Virus record (IMG/VR): IMGVR_UViG_3300024331_000231
Location: 1 to 64,000 of that record
DNA length: 64,000 nt
Source: a virus
Lineage: Duplodnaviria > Caudoviricetes
Direction: 5' to 3' (one strand)
In this document: positions 16,024-25,620 of the stretch, piece by piece
How the letters are laid out: every line of letters begins with the position of its first letter
Numbering within the stretch: the first letter of the stretch is position 1
The notes under the pieces: model-generated
Told to the model about the DNA's origin: nothing
Database searches by the model: none
The model's input: only the letters and a program-made list of their open reading frames with translations
Made by a program: the position numbers and the translations under genes

Positions 16024-16904
16024 AAACAAAATCTTATTTCCATAATTGTAATGCGGGCGATTTGATCGCGACTCTTCCCGGTATGCGTCATGTTTACCGG
16101 ACAACCGGAAGAAAGGCCGTCATCTATCAACAACTGGATATGCCGGGTCATTATATGGCAGGCCTCGTTCATTCTGTAAAAGACGAAAAAGGCGTACAGG
16201 TCACGATGAACCAGCGCATGTTTGACATGCTCAAACCTCTCTTGCTGGTGCAAGATTACGTCGAAAGTTTCGAGGTATACACCGACCAAAAAATCGAAGT
16301 GGATCTTGCAATTATTCGGGAAAGCCTAATCGTCTCACCGACCGAGCCGGAAAAGCCACCAACCATGATTCCAGCCAAAGTCTATGTCAATATTCCTGCG
16401 GGAGCCCTTCCCAGCTGGATCATGCTCGCCTACCCTCCCATGGCCTGCGATATTTCCGAACCATGGATCGAGACGCCCGGATTGGAAGTCATCAACAAAT
16501 CGTACATTCTGGTTAACCGAACCCAGCGGTATCAGAATGAATCGATTGACTATTCCTTTCTCAAACAATATCAATCAGAACTGCTCTTCACAGGAACTGA
16601 AAAAGAACACGCCTTATTCTGCAAAGAGTTTAAACTGGATTTCCCGCGCCTGCAGGTAGACAATTTCCTTGATCTTGCCGAAGTCATGCGGATGTGCCGG
16701 TTTTTTATCGGCAATCAGTCGTTTCCCTGGAATTTAGCGAACGCGATGGACATACCTCGGATTTTAGAAATGTACCCACTGGCTCCCAATTGCCAGCCAT
16801 TCATCGGAAAGTACAATTATGGTTTCTACCATCAAATCCCGTTAGAATACTATGTTGACTTGCTTTATAATAAAACAGGCCGCTCCGACGAAGAAGCAGC
16901 CTGA
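16020..16904 (+). CDS. Glycosyltransferase family 9-like (heptosyltransferase, GT-B)
   Basis: AGDLIATLP near the N-terminus; LAEVMRMCRFFIGNQSFPWNLANAMDIP. Confidence 0.7.
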   Translation: MKTKSYFHNCNAGDLIATLPGMRHVYRTTGRKAVIYQQLDMPGHYMAGLVHSVKDEKGVQVTMNQRMFDMLKPLLLVQDYVESFEVYTDQKIEVDLAIIRESLIVSPTEPEKPPTMIPAKVYVNIPAGALPSWIMLAYPPMACDISEPWIETPGLEVINKSYILVNRTQRYQNESIDYSFLKQYQSELLFTGTEKEHALFCKEFKLDFPRLQVDNFLDLAEVMRMCRFFIGNQSFPWNLANAMDIPRILEMYPLAPNCQPFIGKYNYGFYHQIPLEYYVDLLYNKTGRSDEEAA

Positions 16905-16930
16905 TATATATGGAAACCGGCGCAAAGAGA

Positions 16931-17194
16931 CTATGCGTTGAACAAGGTTTTTAGGGCACTCACGCTCTCGACTACATAATAAACATGCCCCCCTGAATAG
17001 GCGGCACCAGGTGCCGTGATCTGGATCATGGAATAAACGCTTACCCCACTGGAAAGGCTCCTGGTAGGTGAGTCTGTACAATCATTGAGCAAAATATCGC
17101 CCTGCGTGGGGAAGCCGATTGGCCGGGAGGCGCCCGGGTCCAAAACCCGCTGATCGATCTGGTATACATTAAGAACGACAATATTGGTAGCCAT
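16931..17194 (-). CDS. Hypothetical protein
   Basis: 87-aa ORF with AT-rich start context. Confidence 0.6.
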   Translation of the reverse strand: MATNIVVLNVYQIDQRVLDPGASRPIGFPTQGDILLNDCTDSPTRSLSSGVSVYSMIQITAPGAAYSGGHVYYVVESVSALKTLFNA

Positions 17195-17294
17195 AAAAAA
17201 AGTAGTTTTTCCAAAGCTAGCCCCGGACTTTACTGAAAAGCGGTTTTACAAATGTTGCGTATATTAGAGTGATATACCTCTGATATACATATTT

Positions 17295-17432
17295 ATGAAA
17301 TCGATCCTGCTGCGGATAAATCCATGGCTGTATGGAAAAATAAAGACCTATGCTGACGAACGGAATATATCTGTAGTCGGAGCTATCCGCCTTATGTTAA
17401 ATGAATTTTTCAGAAATAAACCCGGAATATGA
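17295..17432 (+). CDS. Ribbon-helix-helix (Arc-like) regulator, 45 aa, not in ORF track
   Basis: MKSILLRINPWLYGKIKTYADERNISVVGAIRLMLNEFF; preceded by TGATATAC direct repeats at 17270 and 17281. Confidence 0.7.
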   Translation: MKSILLRINPWLYGKIKTYADERNISVVGAIRLMLNEFFRNKPGI

Positions 17433-17713
17433 GCTTTGGAGACATATTAAGAGAAGTAGTCCAAAAAGATTTGGCAGGTGGCAAGCGCTTCAGTTTGCTA
17501 TACGAAGAGAAAATTGAAGACGATAAGTTTAAAATAAGACTCGTCTCCGAAACCGATCCGGAGGCCTACATTCATGCTTCTGTGCCTTATGACGGCCTCG
17601 AATCCACCGAAAACTACGCCCGGGCCTATTTTCTTTCGATGGTCTTTAATGCGGCTATATATGGGGTCAAACGTAAAAAAAATAAAGATGGGCCAGCAAC
17701 CTCAAAAAACTAA
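17429..17713 (+). CDS. Hypothetical protein
   Basis: 94-aa ORF with ATGA overlap. Confidence 0.55.
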   Translation: MSFGDILREVVQKDLAGGKRFSLLYEEKIEDDKFKIRLVSETDPEAYIHASVPYDGLESTENYARAYFLSMVFNAAIYGVKRKKNKDGPATSKN

Positions 17714-17915
17714 TAACATTCTCCTGGGAAACCTGGGCGATGTGCAAATTAACAATGGCGAAAAACAACCTATTGGGAAAGTTTATTTTGGAAACGATGG
17801 TTCGGTCACAATTACAATAGTTGGAAAATCTGGAGACATTTCCAGACGTCGCTTTGATGTCTTCAAGTCTTTGCTAGAGCCTTCAAATACCAAAGAACTT
17901 CCCGATAATTCTTAA
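17688..17915 (+). CDS. Hypothetical protein
   Basis: Start placed at MGQQPQK. Confidence 0.45.
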   Translation: MGQQPQKTNNILLGNLGDVQINNGEKQPIGKVYFGNDGSVTITIVGKSGDISRRRFDVFKSLLEPSNTKELPDNS

Positions 17916-17928
17916 CTTTTTTACCTCT

Positions 17929-19515
17929 ATGCACAAAAAGACACTTTACGGATCAGAAGCCAGGGAAAAACTACTTTCTGGCATCAACAAGATCAGCAAC
18001 GCCGTCGCCGTCACGCTCGGCCCTCTCGGCCGAAATGTTTTCATCGCCCAGAGTTACGAAGCCAATTATGGCACTCACTCCTACCCTATCGAAGTCACCA
18101 AAGACGGCTACCGGGTCACCCAGCGGTTTGACTTGGAAGACTTCTTTGAGAAGGCCGGGGCGGTTATGGTTAAGGAATGCGCCCAAAAAAGCGTAGATCA
18201 GAGCGGCGACGGGACTACCACGACGGTTATTCTAATGCGACACATGGTCATGGAGGGTATGAAAGCGGTCGAAGCCGGGGCCAACCCCGTCGAATTGAAA
18301 CGGGAGATCGATGCGGCTATTAGCCGGGTCGTGGGACAACTTCGCAGCCGTTCGGTGCAAATCGGTCATGATATCGAAAAAATATACCAGATCGCGACCA
18401 TCTCTGCCAATAATGATCCAGAGATTGGGCGCCTGATTGCTGACGCTTTCAAAAAAATTGGATACGAAGGTATGATCGATATCGAAGCCGGTAAAAGCGT
18501 CACGACGGAAATAAAAATAGCTTCCGGTTATCGGTTTGAGCGCAGTTGGGAAAGCCCTTTCTTTATTACCAATAAAGAGAAGCAAACGGTCGAATTTGAA
18601 GATCCATTGATCCTTCTATACAACCGCGTCATTACTTCCAGCAAACAGATTCGCAGGGCTACCGAAATTGCGTTGAACTCCTCCAAACCGCTGCTTATTA
18701 TTTGTCCCGGCGCAGAGACCGAAGGTCTGGCTATGCTGGCGGGTAATGCCTTCAAAGGGAATATTAAGTGCTGCGTCGTAAAAGCACCTGCGATCGGTGA
18801 AGCTCAGCGCATCGAAATGGAAGATCTGGCCATCCTCACAGGAGCCACGTTCATGGGGGACAATAGGGGAGAAGACGTGAAAGAAATTCTGCCCAAACAA
18901 TTCGGAACAGCAAAAAAAGTGATCGTTACCAAGGATGACACTACGATCATCGAAGGCGAAGCCAACAAACAGGCCTTGGAAGATTTACTCGTGGAACTCA
19001 GAATCAACAAAGCCCAAGCCAAAAATGAGGAAGAAGCGGCGCCCATCGAAAAAAGGATAGCCAAACTCACAGGGGGGGTCGCCGTAATCCAGGTAGGAGC
19101 CGCTACCGAAACCGAGATGAAAGAAAAGATGGACCGCTTCGACGACTCCGTTCGGGCCGTCAAGTCTGCAATAGCCGAAGGCTATACGGTAGGAGGGGGG
19201 ACTGCGTTGCTTCGGATACGTTCGGGCAACAAGATCGTAGACTCTGCCATGGACAAACTGCTGCAGCAGATCTGTTGGAATGCTGGTCTGCGTCCCAAAA
19301 AATGGTGGCATTTCTGGAAATCCAAGCACGTCTTTGACCTGGTGAAGGAAGCTCGGGGAAATATCGGCTACAACGCCAAGACAGGTAGGATAGAGGACTT
19401 GATCGAGGCCGGCGTCATCGATCCCGTAAAAGTCCTCCGCTGCGCCCTTCAGAACGCTGCCAGCAGCGCCGGGATGGTGCTGACATCCGAATGCTTAATC
19501 GTAGATAGTTATTAA
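17929..19515 (+). CDS. groEL: Chaperonin GroEL (phage-encoded)
   Basis: VAVTLGPLGRNV, VTKDG, GDGTTT, VVKAP, IAKLTGGVAVIQVGAATETEMKEK, GVIDPVKV. Confidence 0.97.
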   Translation: MHKKTLYGSEAREKLLSGINKISNAVAVTLGPLGRNVFIAQSYEANYGTHSYPIEVTKDGYRVTQRFDLEDFFEKAGAVMVKECAQKSVDQSGDGTTTTVILMRHMVMEGMKAVEAGANPVELKREIDAAISRVVGQLRSRSVQIGHDIEKIYQIATISANNDPEIGRLIADAFKKIGYEGMIDIEAGKSVTTEIKIASGYRFERSWESPFFITNKEKQTVEFEDPLILLYNRVITSSKQIRRATEIALNSSKPLLIICPGAETEGLAMLAGNAFKGNIKCCVVKAPAIGEAQRIEMEDLAILTGATFMGDNRGEDVKEILPKQFGTAKKVIVTKDDTTIIEGEANKQALEDLLVELRINKAQAKNEEEAAPIEKRIAKLTGGVAVIQVGAATETEMKEKMDRFDDSVRAVKSAIAEGYTVGGGTALLRIRSGNKIVDSAMDKLLQQICWNAGLRPKKWWHFWKSKHVFDLVKEARGNIGYNAKTGRIEDLIEAGVIDPVKVLRCALQNAASSAGMVLTSECLIVDSY

Positions 19516-19517
19516 CC

Positions 19518-19784
19518 ATGATCAACATAGCCTGTAATGACTGGGTGCTCATTCTTAGAGATGAGACCGAATCCGAAAAAGGAGGACTCTGGACCCCGCC
19601 AGAAGGCCGCGTAAAACCACATCGAGGCCTAATCCACGCCGTCGGCTCCAAAACCGAAGACGAAAACATCAAAGCGGCAGTGGGGCAAAAATGCTTATTT
19701 CATCCAACGGCAGGGTGGGAGATAGAGTATGAAGATGTCGTCTACCTGGTTCTACGGGATAAAGAAATCATTGCACTCCCCTAA
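19518..19784 (+). CDS. groES: Co-chaperonin GroES
   Basis: NDWVLILRD..EKGGLWTP..GLIHAVG..EYEDVVYLVLRDKEIIA; adjacent to groEL. Confidence 0.85.
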   Translation: MINIACNDWVLILRDETESEKGGLWTPPEGRVKPHRGLIHAVGSKTEDENIKAAVGQKCLFHPTAGWEIEYEDVVYLVLRDKEIIALP

Positions 19785-19797
19785 GTTTTTATAAGAT

Positions 19798-20349
19798 ATG
19801 AAGACACCTAACAACAGAGTCTTAGTGCGGGTGAATATGTCCCAAAAAGACACTATGATTATAGCAGGTGTCCAAGTGATGACCGCGCTGCAGTATGAAA
19901 CGAACTACAGAGAAAAGTCACCTGTCATCGCCCAAGTCGTCGATGCTAACGACCGGCTAAATGAAGGTGACTACCTTCTCTGTCACCACAACCATTTCCA
20001 TGGTAACTCTCCGTATTATCTCCTGGACGATTTATATTCGATTCCAGCCAACCACACCATTTTTGCTGTCCTGAGCCCTTCCGGGGAAGTTACGCCAGTA
20101 TATGGCAATGTGCTGTCCTCTAAAGTCGAAATTGAAACGATCCTGCCGGTAACGTCGGAGCATCGGCAATATTATAAAGATCGAGGGCTTATCATTGACG
20201 GCGGCTGGACAGAGTTCAAAGCAGGAGACTTGGTGTTTACAAGGCCAGACGCCATCTACGAGATCGTCTATATATTTGGAGAGATCGAGCACCGGATTTG
20301 CAAAATCAATTCGGAAATGATTTGTGCGGTAGTACCGGCAAAAAACTAG
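19798..20349 (+). CDS. GroES-like protein (two GroES-like halves)
   Basis: PNNRVLVRV..LNEGDYLLCHH and VYGNVLSSKV..FKAGDLVF..ICAVV. Confidence 0.55.
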   Translation: MKTPNNRVLVRVNMSQKDTMIIAGVQVMTALQYETNYREKSPVIAQVVDANDRLNEGDYLLCHHNHFHGNSPYYLLDDLYSIPANHTIFAVLSPSGEVTPVYGNVLSSKVEIETILPVTSEHRQYYKDRGLIIDGGWTEFKAGDLVFTRPDAIYEIVYIFGEIEHRICKINSEMICAVVPAKN

Positions 20350-20401
20350 TTTTCCCTATCTTTATCCTGATTTGGCTCATTTTACCTTCCCATCCATCAA
20401 G

Positions 20402-20424
20402 AAGCCGCTTTAGGGCGGCTTTTT
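20402..20424 (+). terminator. Rho-independent terminator after the chaperonin operon
   Basis: AAGCCGC-tttagg-GCGGCTT followed by a T-tract. Confidence 0.6.
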
Positions 20425-20524
20425 GTATATTTATCCTTGAAACCACGCCGACACCTACGCCAGCACTCGCGGCCTGCCGGACGAAAAAACTATTTTTTCA
20501 CGGCAAAATTGCTCACCTCTACAT

Positions 20525-22981
20525 ATGGACACGAGTACTTCGAATCCGCAGTTTTCGGACCCGCTGTTGAACCGATTTTTCCTGTCTCCCCAGGAAAAGG
20601 CCGATAAAGAAACCGGCAAAAAGATCGTCACCGCCTTTTACAAGGAACAGACTTCGAACGATTCGAGTCTTAACTATTTCAAGCTCCGGAATGCGAGATG
20701 GATCGAAGTTCTTTTGTGGTGCAAAGGTAGCCAGAAGATGTCAGAATTTCTAGATTTTATGAACGTTTCCGACGCCAACAAGTCCTATGTCAACATCGAT
20801 ATGACGCCCAACCGGATCGCGGCGCAGTTCGTCGGCACGCTGGTAGAGAGCATGTCCAAAAACCGGACGTATCCTTCCGTATCGGCGATCGACGATGGTT
20901 CTGTCAACGAAAAAGAATCTAGATTGATGGAAGCGCTATTCCGAATGCACGAGTCGGCCACCGTCGCCCAGCTCCAGGTCGCCGCCGGCATGTCCTTGGA
21001 ACCACCCGGCGCCTTTGTCCCCGATGACGAAATCTCCGCAAAAGTACATTTTGAACTCGAAGATCGCCTGCCCAAAGAGATTCGATTCGAGCAGATGCTT
21101 CGAAAGACGCAGAACGATATCGACTTCGAACGAATTGCGAACCGACAAACTATTTTTGATCTCACAGTCCTCAATGCCGGCTTTACCAAGATAGAACGTC
21201 TCGCACCGCGCTGCTACACCGTCCGCAAATGCATCGCGACCAATATGGTCTACAACTTCTTCATCAATCCGTCCGGCAAGCATGAAATCTCTAAGATAGG
21301 AGAGTTCTGGAACATCAAAGTGCCGCAATTCCGGGAGATGTTCGGCAAAACCGACGAACGTCCCGACGGGCTCACTGAAAAGGAAATTTTCGATCTGGCA
21401 CGTCTGACCACCAACAAGAATATCGGCTCTTTCAACTATATGTGGAATGATAACTGGGCGCTCACCACCTACAACCAGCAGAGGCCTTACGATGACTGTT
21501 CCATTCTGGTCTTCGATTGTGAGATCAATTGTCCGGAAGCAGTTTATTACGTTGATAAAAAGGATGCCTACGGCCGCTCCAACATTACCGAAAAGAAGGG
21601 GGTGCCTTACATGACCGTTACCAAGGAAGGAAAACTAATTTCACAACCCAAGCCGGACAATGTAGAAGTCATTCAACGAACCCGCAATACCTGGATGCGT
21701 GGGGTATATGCGCCCTACGGCGACAAGATGCTGTATTGGGGGAGACCGGATATTATCATAACCCCCTACACAGAAACGGCCAAGCCGATGTCGTCTTATA
21801 CCGTAAATATTCCGAACAATGACGGGGAATATGTCCCTTCTTTGTTCGAAAGGGGTATCGAATGTTTACGGGAATACCAGTTGACGAAGCTCAAACGGAA
21901 GCAGTTGATCGCCAAGATCAAGCCCTCCGGTATCCGAATAGACGTCGAAAGCGCCCGCAACCTGGATTTAGGCAACGGCGACACGATTGATTGGGAAGAA
22001 GTGGTTCGGATATATGACCAGACCGGCAATGAAATATACAGTAGTAGGGGCGTAGATCCTCTTTCGAGGGAAACACCACCGCTTTCCAACACCGTTCGGG
22101 ACGAATCCATCGAAAAAGTGATTGGCCTAACCAATATTTTGGCTTCGATTGTGCAAGAATTGCGCCAGTTATGGGGCGTTCCGCAATACCGGGATGGTAG
22201 CGATGTAGGTGACCGGACCGCCAATAAACTGGCCGAATCTCAGAACGAAAGTTCCTACAACGTCACGGACTTTATCGTCAATGCCAATAACCAACTCTGG
22301 GAGGAAACGTTCTATAAAATTTGCCTGCTGCACTGGAACGATATCGTCAAGACCGAGCCGGAGACCAAAGATGACTTACTCAATACCCGGTTTGATCTGA
22401 AGATCAAGACCAAAGCAACTGATTACGAAAAGCAGCGACTCGAACAGGATATCCAGCGATATAGCCAAGTCCCGGACGCCATGGGCAACCCGTCCGCGAC
22501 GTTAAAGGACGCGATGATGCTGCGGGAAATTGACGATTACAAATTGGCGTGCTGGTACCTGGCATCGACCGTGGCCAAAAATCAGACAGAGGCGAGAAAA
22601 CAAAAGCAGGCGGATGTTGAAGCGAATGCAAAATTACAGCAACAGAGCAACGCGCAGGCGGCTCAAAATGAACAGGCCGTACAACAGCAGAAGTTGGCTA
22701 ACGAAGCGCAGATGGAAAGAGCTAAGACCGAAAGCGCCGAAAAGCTCGCCATAATAAATGGGTTGTTCATGGTTGCCGCCAAAAGTCCTACGGGAGAACT
22801 TCCGGCTTACTTGCAGCCACTGGCCACGGCGACGATCAGCAACGTAATGATGCCAATAGTTTTAGAAAATCAGGAACTACAAGGCGGCCTTAATGCGGCA
22901 ATGAATGCCCAAAATGCTCCCGATCAACCAGCCGCTGGACAGCCGGCGCCGCAACCACAGACCTCACCTCAAATGCAATAA
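20525..22981 (+). CDS. Portal protein (crAss-like)
   Basis: 818 aa, helical, Gln-rich C-terminal coiled coil, first gene of the head module next to TerL. Confidence 0.8.
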   Translation: MDTSTSNPQFSDPLLNRFFLSPQEKADKETGKKIVTAFYKEQTSNDSSLNYFKLRNARWIEVLLWCKGSQKMSEFLDFMNVSDANKSYVNIDMTPNRIAAQFVGTLVESMSKNRTYPSVSAIDDGSVNEKESRLMEALFRMHESATVAQLQVAAGMSLEPPGAFVPDDEISAKVHFELEDRLPKEIRFEQMLRKTQNDIDFERIANRQTIFDLTVLNAGFTKIERLAPRCYTVRKCIATNMVYNFFINPSGKHEISKIGEFWNIKVPQFREMFGKTDERPDGLTEKEIFDLARLTTNKNIGSFNYMWNDNWALTTYNQQRPYDDCSILVFDCEINCPEAVYYVDKKDAYGRSNITEKKGVPYMTVTKEGKLISQPKPDNVEVIQRTRNTWMRGVYAPYGDKMLYWGRPDIIITPYTETAKPMSSYTVNIPNNDGEYVPSLFERGIECLREYQLTKLKRKQLIAKIKPSGIRIDVESARNLDLGNGDTIDWEEVVRIYDQTGNEIYSSRGVDPLSRETPPLSNTVRDESIEKVIGLTNILASIVQELRQLWGVPQYRDGSDVGDRTANKLAESQNESSYNVTDFIVNANNQLWEETFYKICLLHWNDIVKTEPETKDDLLNTRFDLKIKTKATDYEKQRLEQDIQRYSQVPDAMGNPSATLKDAMMLREIDDYKLACWYLASTVAKNQTEARKQKQADVEANAKLQQQSNAQAAQNEQAVQQQKLANEAQMERAKTESAEKLAIINGLFMVAAKSPTGELPAYLQPLATATISNVMMPIVLENQELQGGLNAAMNAQNAPDQPAAGQPAPQPQTSPQMQ

Positions 22982-22983
22982 AT

Positions 22984-23178
22984 ATGCAAGAAACCATCAA
23001 ACCGACCGAGCCGGGTCAAAAGAAAATCACTTTCCAAAAGGGGGGATTGCACCAAACAACCTCGACGCCGCCGGGAGACAAGATTCCCGCTTCAAAAATT
23101 GCGGCCGCCCTGGCTGGTAAATATGGTCCAAAAGGTCGGCAGCAAGCACTATTTATGAAAAATGTGTTGAAAGGGTAG
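22984..23178 (+). CDS. Small basic conserved phage protein (GxLHxxxxxPxGxKIP family)
   Basis: GGLHQTTSTPPGDKIPASKIAAA. Confidence 0.6.
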   Translation: MQETIKPTEPGQKKITFQKGGLHQTTSTPPGDKIPASKIAAALAGKYGPKGRQQALFMKNVLKG

Positions 23179-23181
23179 GCT

Positions 23182-25272
23182 ATGGGCGTTGTTAACATCC
23201 AGGGGATCGATGTGAAGTATCGGGACTTATTTCCCGGTGAAACGGTGTTATATGCGGACCTGCCAAAAGATGAGCAGTATTTCAGGCGGATATCTCACCC
23301 TTTTTCAGACGATGAAATATCCGACCAGATTCAATTGGATTACGAAAGCAGAAAAGGGACATATACCGCTTTCCAAAGAGAATGGGTCGAACGCGAAGAA
23401 ACGCGGATGACTTATGGCGAGGGAGTCTACGCCAGTATTAACGGTGTTCTCACTTATATTCCGGCGTCCTATTGGGGCTATATCAATTATTGGACCTTAG
23501 AGCATGACGATAAAGCAGATTATCGGGAAGCTGATCGACTGTTCTTTCTTTTCATGGAGTATATTTATTTTGAAACTGACGTTTATGGCGTTACACGCGG
23601 GAAAGGCCGGCGTCAGGGCGCCTCTTCCTTAGGGTATTACTGGACCTGGTGGATATGCGGGAGGAAGGAAAACCAGATAGGGGGCTCCATTTCCTATAAT
23701 GATGCAATAGCCCAGACCAACTTTCAGGGCATGTTCATGCTGGGCTTGACCTCCATGCTACCTTGTTTTTTACGCGACATTTCCAGCAAGTCGGACAATT
23801 TTGTTGACTTTGAGAAGCCAAGCGAGAAAGCCAAAAGAGGCGTTATCCACAAAAAGGAAGGGTTGAAAAGCTATGTAGATTTTTTGCCTAATGGCATCAA
23901 TGCGTATGATGGAGGAAGGGCAACTTGGTTGGTCCTGGATGAAACCGGGAAGTATGAGAAAATGAATATCAACACCTACTGGTCTAAGGTGTCTCCCACC
24001 TTAAAAATAGGGCGAAGAAAAGTCGGTATGGCGTACATGCCGACGACCGTCAATCCGCCAAAAAAAGGTGGAGAACATTACAAGCAATTTTGGGAAGAGG
24101 CAAATCAAAACGCCATAAATCCGGCAACGGGTGTTCCCTATGGCCTGAAGACTCCCCATAAAGTCATAAGATACTTCGTGCCAGCAAGTGAAGGATACGC
24201 AGGATGTATAGACAAATTTGGAGCAAGCGTAGTAGATGATCCGCCGGGACCGATTATGGGAAATGATGGAGAATGGATCACTAAAGGTGCCAGAACCGTT
24301 ATTTTGGAGGAAAGGGCACTGAAAAAAGACGAGCAATTATTGGAACACAGAAGGGATTTTCCTTTGGACGAGTATGATATGTTTTCCTTCTACCTCGGGG
24401 CTTGTGAGTTTTCCGAAGCCAATTTCATCGCCCAACTGCAGTGGCTCGAAGCCCATCCGGTATACCTGCGCAAATGTAGGTTATACCGCGAGAAAGTTAC
24501 CAAAAAAAATATGTTCAATGCCCGGGAGGAGCGTTTCGACGAGATTAGGTTCATGGACGACGAAGCTGGCGGATGGCTACTTTTCGAACCGCCCGATCGG
24601 GAAAATATGTACTACCACCGCGGAAGGATCAGGCCGCTTCATACCGAACGATACTCGATCGGCGTGGACACGATCAAAAGTGGTTTCAGTTCCGGGGGAT
24701 CGACCGCGACGATCTGCGTGTTTAAAAAATCACACATTGTAGAAGGAGTCGAAAAGGGACTCTATCCGGTCGCCTTGTACATGGGGAAACCCCGACTCAT
24801 GCAGGACCTCTTCGAAGAGGTATTAAAGGCCTGCATGTGGTATGGGGCGAAAGTCAACTTTGAGATTGACGCAGGAAGCTCTTACTATGACTATTTCCTG
24901 GCAAAAGATGCTGATCTATTTTTGGAATGGACACCGCGAGTAGCAATCGACCCCAGTAAAAAACATCCGCTGATCAAACCAGGAACGGAGAGCGGCAACC
25001 CTTATCAATTCGCGATGCAGCTGGAAGTAGCCAAGAAATATTTTGATGGAACGATACCGGATGGTTATAACGGGAATGTGCATCGTGTCGTCTTTCCGAT
25101 TATCCTGAAGCAGGGGCTGGAATACAATCATGCTGATAGAACAAAATCCGACGTCATCATTTCCCTTATGATGGCACTCTTGCCATGCTTTGGTTCGCTT
25201 GACTATTTGGACCCAGTTCCCCTTAAACCCAAACGTCTCCTTCCGACCTACAAACTAAAAATGGCAAGTTAA
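23182..25272 (+). CDS. terL: Terminase large subunit
   Basis: KGRRQGAS (Walker A-like), LVLDETGK (Walker B), C-terminal RNase H-like YSIGVDT...DVIISLMMA. Confidence 0.88.
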   Translation: MGVVNIQGIDVKYRDLFPGETVLYADLPKDEQYFRRISHPFSDDEISDQIQLDYESRKGTYTAFQREWVEREETRMTYGEGVYASINGVLTYIPASYWGYINYWTLEHDDKADYREADRLFFLFMEYIYFETDVYGVTRGKGRRQGASSLGYYWTWWICGRKENQIGGSISYNDAIAQTNFQGMFMLGLTSMLPCFLRDISSKSDNFVDFEKPSEKAKRGVIHKKEGLKSYVDFLPNGINAYDGGRATWLVLDETGKYEKMNINTYWSKVSPTLKIGRRKVGMAYMPTTVNPPKKGGEHYKQFWEEANQNAINPATGVPYGLKTPHKVIRYFVPASEGYAGCIDKFGASVVDDPPGPIMGNDGEWITKGARTVILEERALKKDEQLLEHRRDFPLDEYDMFSFYLGACEFSEANFIAQLQWLEAHPVYLRKCRLYREKVTKKNMFNAREERFDEIRFMDDEAGGWLLFEPPDRENMYYHRGRIRPLHTERYSIGVDTIKSGFSSGGSTATICVFKKSHIVEGVEKGLYPVALYMGKPRLMQDLFEEVLKACMWYGAKVNFEIDAGSSYYDYFLAKDADLFLEWTPRVAIDPSKKHPLIKPGTESGNPYQFAMQLEVAKKYFDGTIPDGYNGNVHRVVFPIILKQGLEYNHADRTKSDVIISLMMALLPCFGSLDYLDPVPLKPKRLLPTYKLKMAS

Positions 25273-25479
25273 TTACTGTCGCTTGGGAAGCAACTTTGCT
25301 TTTTCCGCAAGTTGGGCTTGCAAAAGTTCTATCATTACGGATTGCTCTTTGTGTTGTCGTAGCATCGTATTAATGGCCTGCTGTTGGGAATACTTGCCAA
25401 GTCCTTTACTGGACTTGATTTTCCCTTGAAAATCCAGTACATGCTCACGTACGTCATCGTCGAGGTCTAGGTTTATCAT
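25273..25479 (-). CDS. Small RHH-like regulator, antisense within the head module
   Basis: MINLDLDDDVREHV...SQQQAINTML pattern. Confidence 0.5.
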   Translation of the reverse strand: MINLDLDDDVREHVLDFQGKIKSSKGLGKYSQQQAINTMLRQHKEQSVMIELLQAQLAEKAKLLPKRQ

Positions 25480-25620
25480 AACGATTAGTTATTAATAGGT
25501 ACTAACGGTGATCTTTATTAAGTATATGTGTCTAAGGGTTATTAAATATAACGGATTTATTTTTTGTGATAAAATAAACTTGCATCGAACACCTTTAATT
25601 TCGTTGAAACATCGGCGCAA

